Below, piece by piece: positions 51,301 to 62,900 of a stretch of 64,000 nt of DNA; the first letter of the stretch is position 1, and every line of letters starts with the position of its first letter. The DNA lies in assembly GCA_905178155.1 (NCBI GenBank), contig CAJINV010000002.1:5513709-5577708 (forward strand), given 5' to 3'. Made by a program: the position numbers and the translations under genes. This DNA comes from Amoebophrya sp. A120. Taxonomy: Eukaryota > Protista > Dinoflagellata. The notes beneath the pieces are model-generated. The model was not told the origin of the DNA. It saw only the letters and a program-made list of their open reading frames with translations, and made no database searches.

Positions 51301-53398
51301 CAGGAGCAGTACATGAAACAGAGTTTATTTTTCTCACTACCGCATGCTGGCAAAAGCGTTCGGTCAGCAGCATCATGATCCACGTGTATGCCTGCATCAC
51401 CCCGCAGCGGCAATCGTTGTTGCTCTTCAGGGCTTCGAAATCCTTGAGAAAAAACTCCGTCAAGTTTTCGACTTCCACAATACCGCCCCACTCCTTCACG
51501 GCCTCCGCGTGTGCGAACGAGATCAAAGCGCAGATTTGCGCTCGGAAGTCGAACAGCGCGTCTTGTCTTCTGCTGGCGTTTCTCGGCTCGGTCGTCCGCG
51601 CGATCGTAAATTGGTCAAACACCGCCGCCTGCAGTCCGCAGTTTCTCTATGCACCATGGCAAAGATGTCGATGTTCAGAACTGGAAAGTATACACAGCAG
51701 TTACTACATGGAAAATGACGACACGACATTTCGCAAGAGTGTGCAGCCAGACATATAGTTCCGAACGCGCCTGACAGAAGAACACCGCGTTGTTCATGTT
51801 CATCTGTGCATGATCATAAATAACGAGCAGCACGAGACTATAGCGCAGCATGGTGCATCGCAAGGAGGACAAGTTCAGCATCGTAAGTCGTCGATAACCT
51901 AACCTTCCAGATGATCTTGTTGATTTCGACATTTTCTTTTGCATTGGATAGCATCAGTTTCACGGCAAATTTTTCCGCCGAGCAACGACTCTGCCACCAG
52001 CGACCGTAGGCGAGATTGATGCGGAATACCAGCGTGAAGGAAAGCACGCCCGTGAAAATGGAAATCAAGGGGGTGGAATTACCGCTGTTGGCGCTCAGCA
52101 TACTGCTGAAGTTGTCCGTAATCACCGAATATCAAATGTAAAAATGTCTGGGTCTGGAAGATTCTGACACTTGTCACGCACGTTTTGCATGAGCCATGAC
52201 GTCTGTGATGCATACCCTAGCAATACAGATTTTTTGAGGGCTTCTTGAAGCCTATTGCGCATGACAAATGCCTTCTCAGCGTAGCAGAAATTGCATTCCC
52301 TTTGGTACTCATGCAATACAGATTTTTCTGGAATCCAAATGCAGCATCACAAGTTCGGATTCTTCCAGACCCAGACATTTTTACTTACATTTGATACCGA
52401 AAACTCCTCGTCGAGCTTGAAGAAAACGATCGAAATGATCGTGGTTAGCAGCATGTATTTCAAAACCGAACTGTAGATGCCCGCCGACCGGTGAAGGTAG
52501 TTTAAAAGGGACGAGTAGGACGCGAACTCGGGAAGCTCCGGCGAGTGCTTGGTCGGCGACCAGCGGGAGTGCGACAGTGCGAACACCCGTTCCTGCAAAA
52601 ACTCGTACGAGCCGTATCATATGTAAAAACGCCCCCGCCCCAGAGTTGTCATGCGAATCTGCATGCCAAAGAGGTTTCTCATGCGGACCCCCTTGAGAAG
52701 CGTCTTCTAGTTCTCTTTTGGGATTTGTGATGCTAGAATCAGCGCGGCACACTAGATCTGTGACGCTGCTGAACTAGCTAGACAGGATCACACTACGAGG
52801 GCAAACAGGTCATGCGAAACAACCAAAGCTGGCTGATTTGTCTAGCAGATATCCCATCTTGACGCTGGTGTGGGAACGTCGTTTTTACTCAGGATAAGCC
52901 GCGGAGCTTCTTCTTCGCATGCTGCTGCTGGCCGCTCTGGGCGTTTTCGCTTCGGGTGTGACCCGCTGGAATGACGGATGCTGAACTTTGCCCAGATGAA
53001 TTGCAGCTGTGGTGCTGCGAGGGGCAAAACGCACGACCCGTGGTGGAGCTAGTACCAGCCCCAGAAGGCTTTGTGGTCCCGGAAGGAGCTCCTGTCGGGA
53101 GCACACTGGAGGTGGATCTTGATGTAGTTGCCTTCGACACTTTATTTCCACCACTCGGGGACGCGAAAGAAGAAGTACTAGTTGTCCTTGCTCCTGATGT
53201 TGTGCCTTGGCTCGGATGAGCGGCGGAGAAGTTCATGCCAATCTGCAGGTCTGCATTCGTGCTGCTCGCGGTTCTCGCGACCACCTGGTCGTTGACACTG
53301 TTTCCGCGGTGGTCTTGGGAAGACGAGATACTATTATTTGCAGCCCAGGGGAAATCCGCTGCGCTCGCGGAGCTTTTCAGCGAGTGCCGGTACCCCAT
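48374..53398 (-). CDS. Bestrophin-family anion channel, paralog 2, ~1129 aa, 7 exons
   Basis: LSFTLVFRINLAYGRWWQSR, IRTTPFPKPF and ELEDPF|GED motifs. Removing 5 elements and one GT-AG intron (51159-51340) gives 3390 nt in frame. Long low-complexity tail. Confidence 0.87.
50253..50573. mobile_element. Introner family B
   Basis: Perfect ctagg; 326 nt. Confidence 0.93.
50634..50888. mobile_element. Introner family E (TIR with tandem ctcaaacgttacaat)
   Basis: gaagg/gaacg; 260 nt; splits bestrophin EDPF|GED. Confidence 0.92.
51159..51340 (-). other. GT-AG intron
   Basis: gcg|gtagtgag...atcaag|gtt; 182 nt; restores HAVPSPIIARL, collinear with the paralog. Confidence 0.8.
51648..51950. mobile_element. 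Introner, degenerate
   Basis: Removing 308 nt restores KLMHCGLQAAVFDQF, the same length as the paralog segment. Confidence 0.75.
52130..52396. mobile_element. Introner family A
   Basis: Perfect ccgaa; 272 nt; close to 63268-63530. Confidence 0.95.
52615..52896. mobile_element. Introner family C
   Basis: Perfect agccg; 287 nt; close to 58437-58715. Confidence 0.93.
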
Positions 53399-53974
53399 CT
53401 TCTTCTTCCGTAGAAGCAGGTAGTAAATGCGCCTGATATTGATAAGTAAAAGCACCACCTCCTCCAAATATAATGCGGAAAAGAACCAATGGCAACTGAA
53501 AACGCAACGCGCTAATCGCTGTGCTGATGTGAGAGAAAAACGACACTCCTAAACGTCGCACTTCTTGCCCTCTCAGACACCCTCGGTAGTAGTCCCCGTG
53601 TTACGACCACTCCGAGTGGTAATCATAATTATCCCCCGTCAAAAAGAAAACTGAACCTGGTGCTAGCCTCTACTAAAACAAGTAGAGTAGTAATCGCGAC
53701 ACTTGTTCTTCAGATGAGGATGTCAGCTGCACTCAGGATTTTTTCGGCTCGACCACACATCGACTACAGCCGGTAGGCGAGTCGGTCTTTCGTCTTCAAC
53801 TCAGTAGTTACTTATCACCCTCACCCAGGGAACAATGCCTCTAAACACTGACGATTGTAAGGATGTACCAGTCCGTCGAGATAAGTATTCCAATTCCTCA
53901 TCAAAATCATTCAGTAAAAGCAATCCAATGCACTTGCAAGCAGTACTGCTAGTGCTGAATAGACCAAACGCGTT

Positions 53975-56900
53975 TTAACAAGCAACCACAACATCTACCG
54001 AGTAGACCCCGCAAATGTCCACTTCCGGAAAGAGGTGTAGTGCTGTGTTTTTCCATGGATCGTTTGATGCAGAAGTACTTTTGCAAGCATGATGTTGCCC
54101 TCTACTACCAACTCCGCTACTTACTACTCCTGATGCTGTCGTGGCCAAAACGCTTTGCAGTACTTGAAGCAAATCCTGGTGAAACCCGAGGTTCCCGTGA
54201 TTGATGACAGGGCCGGCTGCCGGGTGGTGTAACGGGGACGGAAAATCGGAAGCGCAGCTAGCCGCTATTTTCATTCCGTTACCGTTTGTTTTCGAAGATA
54301 TTACCGACTTCTTTCTGCTCGTGTCTTCATCATCGTCTCGAGCTGCTGCTGGTACAGTTTCTGATGTCCCGGAAAAGACAGAAGACCCAACGTGCATACC
54401 CGAAGCCGCTACCGTGCAGCCGAAACACGCAACCGGGTCGGGGCCGTGGACATCAAGAGCGCCGTTCTTGGGGTGTGTAAATGAAAGTAGAGATGAAGAA
54501 GCAGTTCCTACAACTTTATCAGCTGTTTGATCATCTTCTACGCGTTTAGATGAATTTCTCCTGGCACTTTTCAGACTACTTCTCTTATCACAACCAAGAC
54601 CTCCGCCTCCGTTTATCAAAACTTTTTCCAGGTTCCGCACCGTCCCCAGCCGGAGCTTTTCAAAGTTGAATCCCGCGGCGAAATGCAACAGCGCCTGCAC
54701 GATCTGCCGCTGGCACTTCTTCTGGTTCGCGTGCCTCCCGGAGATTTGGTCGCTTGGCTGATACTGTGCATAATTCGGGAAACCATGGTCTTCTACTTCG
54801 AGTACATCACGGTTACAATCTTCGCACCCGTCCCCCAGAACTGTAGTTATTGTGTTCCGCCCGCCCTCGCTGTTTTTCTTGATCCTGGTCACAACTTCTG
54901 TCGTTCTCGCTATCCTGTCCGCTAAGAAGTCAAAAACGGGCAACCACTTGTCCGCAATCAGCAGGGCGTCTTTCATTTGGGTCAAGAGAATACTAAGAGC
55001 GTGGAAATACACTGCGGTGGAGGAAAGGGTCCAAGAATGTTGGTGCAGGTTCTTGTTGTAGTACTGGGAAGGATTTTTTCGTGCTACTGACGAAGTAGAA
55101 CCCAGTTTTGTAGCGCCCGCCTCTTCTGCCTGTCCTTTAGTATCTGCTGGTTGTCCTTGTTCCACTACTATCATATGGTACTTGCGACTGTAGTTCAGGC
55201 ACTCGATTACCCACTGCTTGTGCTTGTTCGAGAATTGGCACCGGGCGAGACTGTTCATCAGACTAGAGATGTGTATGGTGTCGATACTGAATCAAACTGA
55301 AAATAAGACGTGTCCCGCCCGCGGAGCAAAGAGGGGTTCGTGAAGCGAAGTTCCAAATGTTAGCAACACAAATTTCCAATGCACATTTGCAAAAAATCTG
55401 TGCTGAAGGCTTGCGCTCAGTACTTGTTGGGCGTTGCGTGTCACGCGAAGTCTTTACTGCACGGCAACAATTTGGAAATAGAAAGACATCCGCAGACCTC
55501 TTATGCAAGCCAATGTACGAACTTCGCAAGAGAAATATTTGCCAGGCCTGCTGCAACCGGGGCAAGACAGCTTATTTTCCAATTCGTATAGTGCGCCGAT
55601 TGTTCGCGTTCGACAGATTCGCAAACCCGGCGGACCATTTCGTTTGAAGTAGGGCAGTCCGCTTTCTCAGTGTTGTGAGTTGTGCCCTCGTCGCTTCTGG
55701 TGCCCCCGCAGTACTATCATCTTCATCACCAGGGCAAACAGTCCTTTCTGGGGAAGAAAGATCCCCTTCAGGAGACGGTGAGGCACGGGGTGTAGATGTG
55801 AAAAATTTTGACGTCGTTAATGTTGACGTGCCAGCACTTGTATCAGATGCACTGAGGTCCGGGTTAAAACCCAACTTGCAAATCGCGTTGAACGCGAGCA
55901 CGAAGTTCAGGCCCTGGAACGGCTGCTCATGCGCCGTGGTGATGCACTTCGCCACGAAATCTGCCAGATTGACGGAGGAAAAAGCACCGGCCGCTCTGCT
56001 GCTGGTGGTGGGGGCCGAAGTCGAAAACGATGACATCACACTACCATTTGCCATAGTGGCGGTGTAAGAAGACGTCGCACCTGGTCGTTCAGCTTCTCGG
56101 TCCACAGATTTCACCGCTCTCTTCTCTGCTTCAGCAACAGAAACATTCTCGTTGAAGAGCGGAAACACTATCAAGTGCACAGGTGTCTGGGTCTGCAAGC
56201 TTGCAAGATTTGACATGCATTTGCATGACCTATGATGTCTGTAATGTACGCCCTAGCATCACAGGATTTGTGATGGCTTTTTAATGCCAATACCGCATGA
56301 GACTCGCCCCTTCGCGTAGCAAAGATTGGACTCCTCTTGCTGTTCTTTTGTAGAATCGTCCAAAGGCAGCATCACAAGTTGCATTTTTCGTCTTCCAGAC
56401 CCAGCCATATTTGCAATGCATAAACACCTTGGCATAGGCATTTAGCACCAACGCGAGTTCGGAACTGGAAATCCGCAGGCTTCTGCTGAAAACGTCGTTT
56501 TTGCACTCGTCCTATGCATTGCAAATGATGTATCGTTTGGTGGTCTGGAAGAATGCAAATTTGTGATGCTCCTCGTCATCCTTGTGAAAGGACGACAAAG
56601 ACGTCGGTCTCGCATGAGCACCGAAAGCCGCCTTTCACTTTTTGTCCTCCCATCAACTGCTTCAGCAAAATGCTAGGTGAGTTTGTTCTGGAAATAATCG
56701 CAGGATGCACATTTTTACGGATCATGGCAAAGCAACCTTCGTGTTCCAGACCCGCCAACAGATATACTTCTGCAGTTCATACGTCGAATGTCTTTACGAT
56801 CTCTTGTCTGAGCAATGCAGCATAAGAACTGGGTGATGACGAATTATGACAATCCACAATTCCAGCCGCCTTCTGATTCTGCCCCAAACCCAATCCAGCA

Positions 56901-59900
56901 CCAGTGACCATGAAAAGAGAAGCCGTTTCCGTGTAGAAACAGGCTAGCGCGTTGAGGTAGGCGGAGAGCTCGAAGGGTCGCATGCCAGTCGTGGGCGACG
57001 AAGTACTACCAGCGCGTGGTAGATTACTACTTCCAACCACACGACCTGCAGTAGAGGTGGAAGTAGTTGTAACTGCCCTACCAGCTGAGTCTTGCGGTGT
57101 CCCTCGCGGACCGCCAGAAGGACTGCTTCCGAAGATTATATTTTTTCTACAAGTTCGGTAGCTCGCGAGCATGAGCAGCAACTTTTGAATCGCCGGCTCC
57201 AGCAGACTGTGATCCGCCGCGGCCGTGTTGCAGAACTGCAAGTTCTCTGGACCTCGATCGTGATCCCCCGGACCCGAGCCAGCTCTGCCGCCGGTCAGAT
57301 ACCTTGCAAACGCCGTGGAGAAATTGGACACGTCCTGCGGATTCAGCTTGTGGATAGCGGTAGAAGTACCACTTTTAGCTGTCATGCTACAACTAGATGT
57401 GGAAGCGGTCGCCGCTGCGAATTCCAAAAACCGCTCGGCGGCCTTTGCGAAGAAAAACTGAGTTGTAGTTTGACTGCTGGCAGCCGAAGAGCTGCAAAGA
57501 AACTGGTCGTTCAACATCTTCATCTGGTCCCCACGATTATACACCACCCCCACCGCCGCGAAGGCGCCGACCGCGTTGCAAAGGTTCTGGGGTGTGAACT
57601 CCGGCAGTTTCTGCAACAGGCACGGGACGAAATGGCGGGAAAACAAAGCTTGCAACTCCTCCAAATCACAAAAGTTTCGATTGTTCGCCCGCTTCGGCAA
57701 GCTGAAGTTGTGATTTCTACTTGGCTGGCGGTGCTGGGGGACGCCTGTTGCTTTCACGTTGGCGGAAAGTGGGAAAGAGGTGGCGCTCGCACTCGTCGAA
57801 CTCAACGGGCTGAGATGCATTGCAAACACGTCGGGGTCTCCTTGTTTTGCTGGTAGAGCTACAGTTTTTTTTACAGCGCATGGCAATGTCTGTAAATGCG
57901 CTGCTCGAACGTATTAGGCCTGTGGTCTTTGTTGTCCTGCCAAAACGAAGCTACAACACGCATCCTCACAGAACCCACCCAAACTTTATCGTTGTTGGCT
58001 GCCAACTGCAGTCTGTTTGCCATGCAGAGCTTACTTGGCAGCACAAGCTTTGACGAGGACCCCGCGTGTAGATTTTTTGCTTTCGATAGCTAGTACTACT
58101 ATGCATTTCCTTGCGGCGACGCGGTGGCGGAAGAAGTTCTGACAGTGCTGCGGAGCCGTCGGTCGCAGTGGAAAGCGCGCGCTCATCCTCATCTGCCGTG
58201 GCGGGGCAGGATCCTTCGTCAATCGAAACGGAGCGGGACACTTGGCTGACGCTTGGCTTTCGCAATTCTCCAGGTCGGCCCGCGCTGGGCGATTGGAAGT
58301 AGAAGGTTGCCCCGTTTTGTTCTGGTTCGTGGTGCGGTTCCACTGAGGGTCCGCCCGCGAGGCGGAAACTGTCACCATCAAGTTGAGCAGCTGGTGGTAC
58401 ATGCAGCTCTGCAGTCATTGATGATACGTCCCGGGATATCCTGAGTAAAAACGTACCCACACCAGAGTTGTCATGCAAATCTGCATGCCAAAAAAGTTTG
58501 TCATGCGGAGCGCAATGAGAGGCATTTTCTAGTCGTGTTTTGGAATTTGTGATGCTATAATCCGCATGATGTACTAGATCTGTGACGCTGCTGAACTACC
58601 TAAACAGGATTACACTACGAGGAGAAACTTGTCATGCCAAATGACAAAAGCTGGCTGATTTGTCTAGCAGATTTCCCATCTTGACTCTGGTGTGGGGACG
58701 TTTTTACTCAGGATACGGGACAGCGCGTCCTCGTGGCAGAAGTCCTTGGTATGCATCGCAAAAGTAGCTCGTACTGATTCGAAAAAAAGGCAAAAATCTG
58801 TATATAGCTGTGTGCCATCTGTCCAAGAAGCGTCCGAAACTCTTTTTCTCATTCTGGGAAAATTGTCATGCAATCACAACTACTACGCATCTGGTGTTGT
58901 AGATATAGCGATCTCATAATCATACTTTTGCAATGCATAATGGCAGTTGAGCGACAACAGCGAGCTAACGCCGTTGAAGGCCTTCGCGAACGCGTGGAGC
59001 AATAGCGAAAGCGATTGCGGACTGCACGACTGCAAGTTCGCTTCATTTTGGCACCATGTCATCGCTTCCTTGAAATAGCCCAGATCCACAAACTGCAGCT
59101 TCTATCCTAGGCAAAATTTTCACAACAACTGCCCCGCTTCCCATCTTCACTTTGTCCTCTGTTTGCAAGATGCAAAATGGTGCCCGCATCTTTTATACAA
59201 CAGGTAGAGGTAGTTCGCATGATTCGTACTACAAATGCAGGCTGTACAAATTCAATAAATTTTTACTTTAGTATAGTAGCTGCAAGGGTGAAGATCATTC
59301 GAAATTTTGCGCATTGAATAGCTTGACCTGCGCATTCAACAAAGTCGAGACGGCAATATGGTCCACTTTTAGGAGGCCTGGAGCTCTACTGCTGTGCCAG
59401 CACAGATGTGACGAGCTGCCACCCACTCCGTGCAGTATACCACCCCCTGGAGCGGTCGCAGAGCGCCGCGTCGCGCCGTCCTCTATGCCTGCAGAAGCTG
59501 CCGGCGCTGCAGTTCGACCAGCAACGATTTATCGCACGAAAAACAAAGTATGTCTCCTTCACTGTGAGGATAATTTTGACTTTTAAGGACCTGGATCAAG
59601 CCATCACGACAGGGAAAGAACAAATCCGCCGTGTTTGGTTCCCGCAAAAGCGGGATGAAAACACACTCAGAAATGCAAATAGCCGCCAACAGTACTTGCA
59701 AACATTCCTAGCAAGTAGCCAGAACAAACGCCTGCTCTTTAGTGTTGCAGCATCCACGACGAGAACAGCAGCTGGCGCACGCCAAGATGACAACTACACT
59801 TTTTTCCTGCGATAAATGTCCTCTCGGCGGCGGCGCTGCAAACATCTTCGGCGGGGGAGGAAACTTACACGGCTTATTCGTACAACTCGTAGTTGTGCTG

Positions 59901-62900
59901 TCACTCTGTAGCTTTTTGGAGGCCATATTAGCACCGCCGTGTGAAGATGACGACGATGATGATATTGGCACAAGGGGAGACTGTTCTGAAGCCGTACCAC
60001 CACACAAATGTACCGTCCCCTTTTCCCGAGGAGGAGGTCCCCGCGGCGGTGTGTTCCCGCTCGCGACCATGGTCGAGCTTCCAACGTCCCGAGGAGTGGC
60101 TGTACCACTACTAGCTGTCAGCCAAGTACAAAGGGTTTTGTAGTTTATCGAGTACAAATAACTTGTTCTTCAGATCGGGAAAATGAGTGCAGTTGTAGAA
60201 AATTTGTTTTTATTGCAATATTCCAGCATGCTGTGATGTTCTTGTGCGGCACGACAGCAGCAGGGCAAAATTCCCTACGCTCGCTGCGCATTCGATTCCG
60301 GGCCCCCGTCGACTCAAAGGACAGGCCGCGGCTCGCTGCATGGTAAATGAAAGCGCCCACAGGCACAGCAGGAGCTGCGATGCATGCAATGATACAGATC
60401 TCCTGAACTACGAAAGCATCAAAAATTGCCTGCGTCTTCACCGCTGTTCCGGACCTAGACACAAGAATTGCGAAAATGCGTAATATTGTCTTCTGCCATG
60501 CTTCTACTATTCTCGTTGTACTCTTTCAGCTGTTCCTTCGCTCGCCACACCAGGGCGCGCAGGACCTCCAGGTCGTCCTTCCTGTCCAGGCGGGCGTACG
60601 CATTTATGATCATGGACAGTGCCTGCACGTCAATGGCGTGGTTTACTTCTTTCAAAGAGGCACCATTTGCAGCTGACAAAAATCGTTCACCGTGTTCTAC
60701 TGCTATACTGTTCTCCGGCACGGCCGGCGCGCCAGGAGAGCGTTCTAAGTCTTCAACACCCGGTATATTAACGTTGCTTTCGTGGTTGGACACTGGCAAT
60801 AAAGCCGCACCTGTTGCAGCAGCGGGACCGGAACGAACAACAACGCCACCACCCGACCTGACCTCTGCGGGCGTGGCTGGAGTAGAAGTGGCACAAGTAC
60901 TTCCGGACCGCACCAACTGCAAAATGTAGGGCCGAAACAAGTCAAACAACTGCGTCTCCTTGGCGGCGTCATCCTTCTCTTTGTTCTGCTTCCTGGTTGC
61001 ATCGGCCCTGCCACCGGCGCCATGGTGCAGGTGGGGGATCCCCCGGGACGAAGAAGGATGGACAGAATAACTTCCTGCGCCTTGTTTCCCCGCATCTTTA
61101 GAAGCGATCGTCTTTTCCAGTGGTCCTGCTCCACCTCGCAGATCCCCCCGGGAAGGAAGCTCGCTGTTCGCCTCCTCTGCTCCTTGCTCCGAAACACTAA
61201 CACTGGCAGCTGCACTACTACTTCTCCCAGTTCTGCTCTCTTCCCCGGGAGGTACCATTTGCGCTGCTCGCACGTTGTTCACCTTGGCTACCGCCTGCAG
61301 CAGCCGCGCGATCGCCGGCGCATCGAGGCGGGGGGCGAGCTGTGCGAGACGCGATCCACCACGGCGAGGTTCTTGGGTGCTTGATGCGGCTGGTGGTTCC
61401 GTGCTGCAGGCTCCGGTATTGGCCGCGGAAGGTCGCGGTGGTTGTGTGAAGCTAGTGGTAAAATCTTCAGATGCTGCGCTTGTGGTCGTTATTTCACGTT
61501 GAAAGTAGCGAGCATTCGCGTCGGCGGCATCAGTGTCGAGCAAGAAGTATGGGTTGCAAATATGTAGTCCCCTAGAAGATGATCTTGAAGGATGCAGCTG
61601 ATTTGTGTTGCTGACAGGGTGGAATGGTCCGCCACACAGCATGAACAACAAATGCCGAGCTTTGGAAACGACGACGTTCTTGCGTCTTCATGGGTATTCG
61701 TAGTTCGAATTTCCACCCAGCAACATGAAGGCAGAAATAAACTACCTCGGTAAACTTATACCCCAGGCACATACAGATCAGGGCGCCGTCGCGCAACTTG
61801 TTAGTACAATTAGAACTAGTCGCGGATTTTTACAAAGAATCTAGGACCACACTGCGTGACGTGTCGATTATGCATAGCAAGCTGTTCAAGACAAAGTCCC
61901 GGTCCGCTGTGGCCAGCGCCATCTGCAGGTCCGTGCTGTTGGCGTCTCGTATGGAATGTAGAAAACAGAAACACGTTCGCCCCCCTCCCATTCCAAAATT
62001 GTATTCGCATAGAAATACAGCACCTGGAAGGGCCACTCAAGAACTTCTACGGATGTACTCTTAGTACTATCCGCAAGGCAAGTTCTTGCGTCGCGATCAC
62101 GAAGAACTGAGTGCATGACTTCGACCCACCTGTCGTAGCTGCTCCTGCCTTAGCGTTGCAGTGCCGGTCCACGTGGAGCTGCACTTCCACCACTAGCACT
62201 ACTTCAGTCCGCATGAATTATACAAATTCGAGAACGGCCGGGCAAGAACGCTCTGTTGACTTTTTACATTGTATACCTCGGTGGTCAAGCACGGCCGCTA
62301 TCGTCTGATCCGTCGTACAGGTGGACCTGTTGCGACCAACGGCTGCAGGCTCAACAAGTGCTCCTTCCGCACCGTCTTCGCCTCGGCCCGTCCATGTCGC
62401 GCTGCTAGAAGCTGCAACCTCTGGCCGCCGCGAAGAGAAAACATTCGCACGTAGCGCCAGGGCGAGGCTCTTCGGAGAGACCGTGCGACTTCTGCGTTGT
62501 TCCTCCGGGTTGTAGTTGTATCTCTTACTTTCGGTGGTGTCGCGCGGAGACGTGGCAGGAAGAACGTCATCTCCCTCCGCTCCTGACCGCGCCAGACGGG
62601 GGGGAAAATTAGACTGCTCGTTTGGTTGCTCACAACACCCGGGCCGACCCTGCGTTTTTGTCGCGCCGCTACTTGTAGGACCCGTACCCACCAAAGCGTC
62701 TGAGATGGCCTCGAACAGCTCCTGGACACTGTCGGTGGGAGGCGCAACTGAGGATTCCTCCGTGGCAGCTTTTACGTTATTTTCACCGTCGAGGACAAAA
62801 CTCCGACCAGGACCAGGAGCACGCTCCTCGTCATGCTCAGCTCTGCCGCTTTTACCACCGGTTCCGCTCCTTCCCCCACCAGCCGTGTTGAGGCAGTCCA

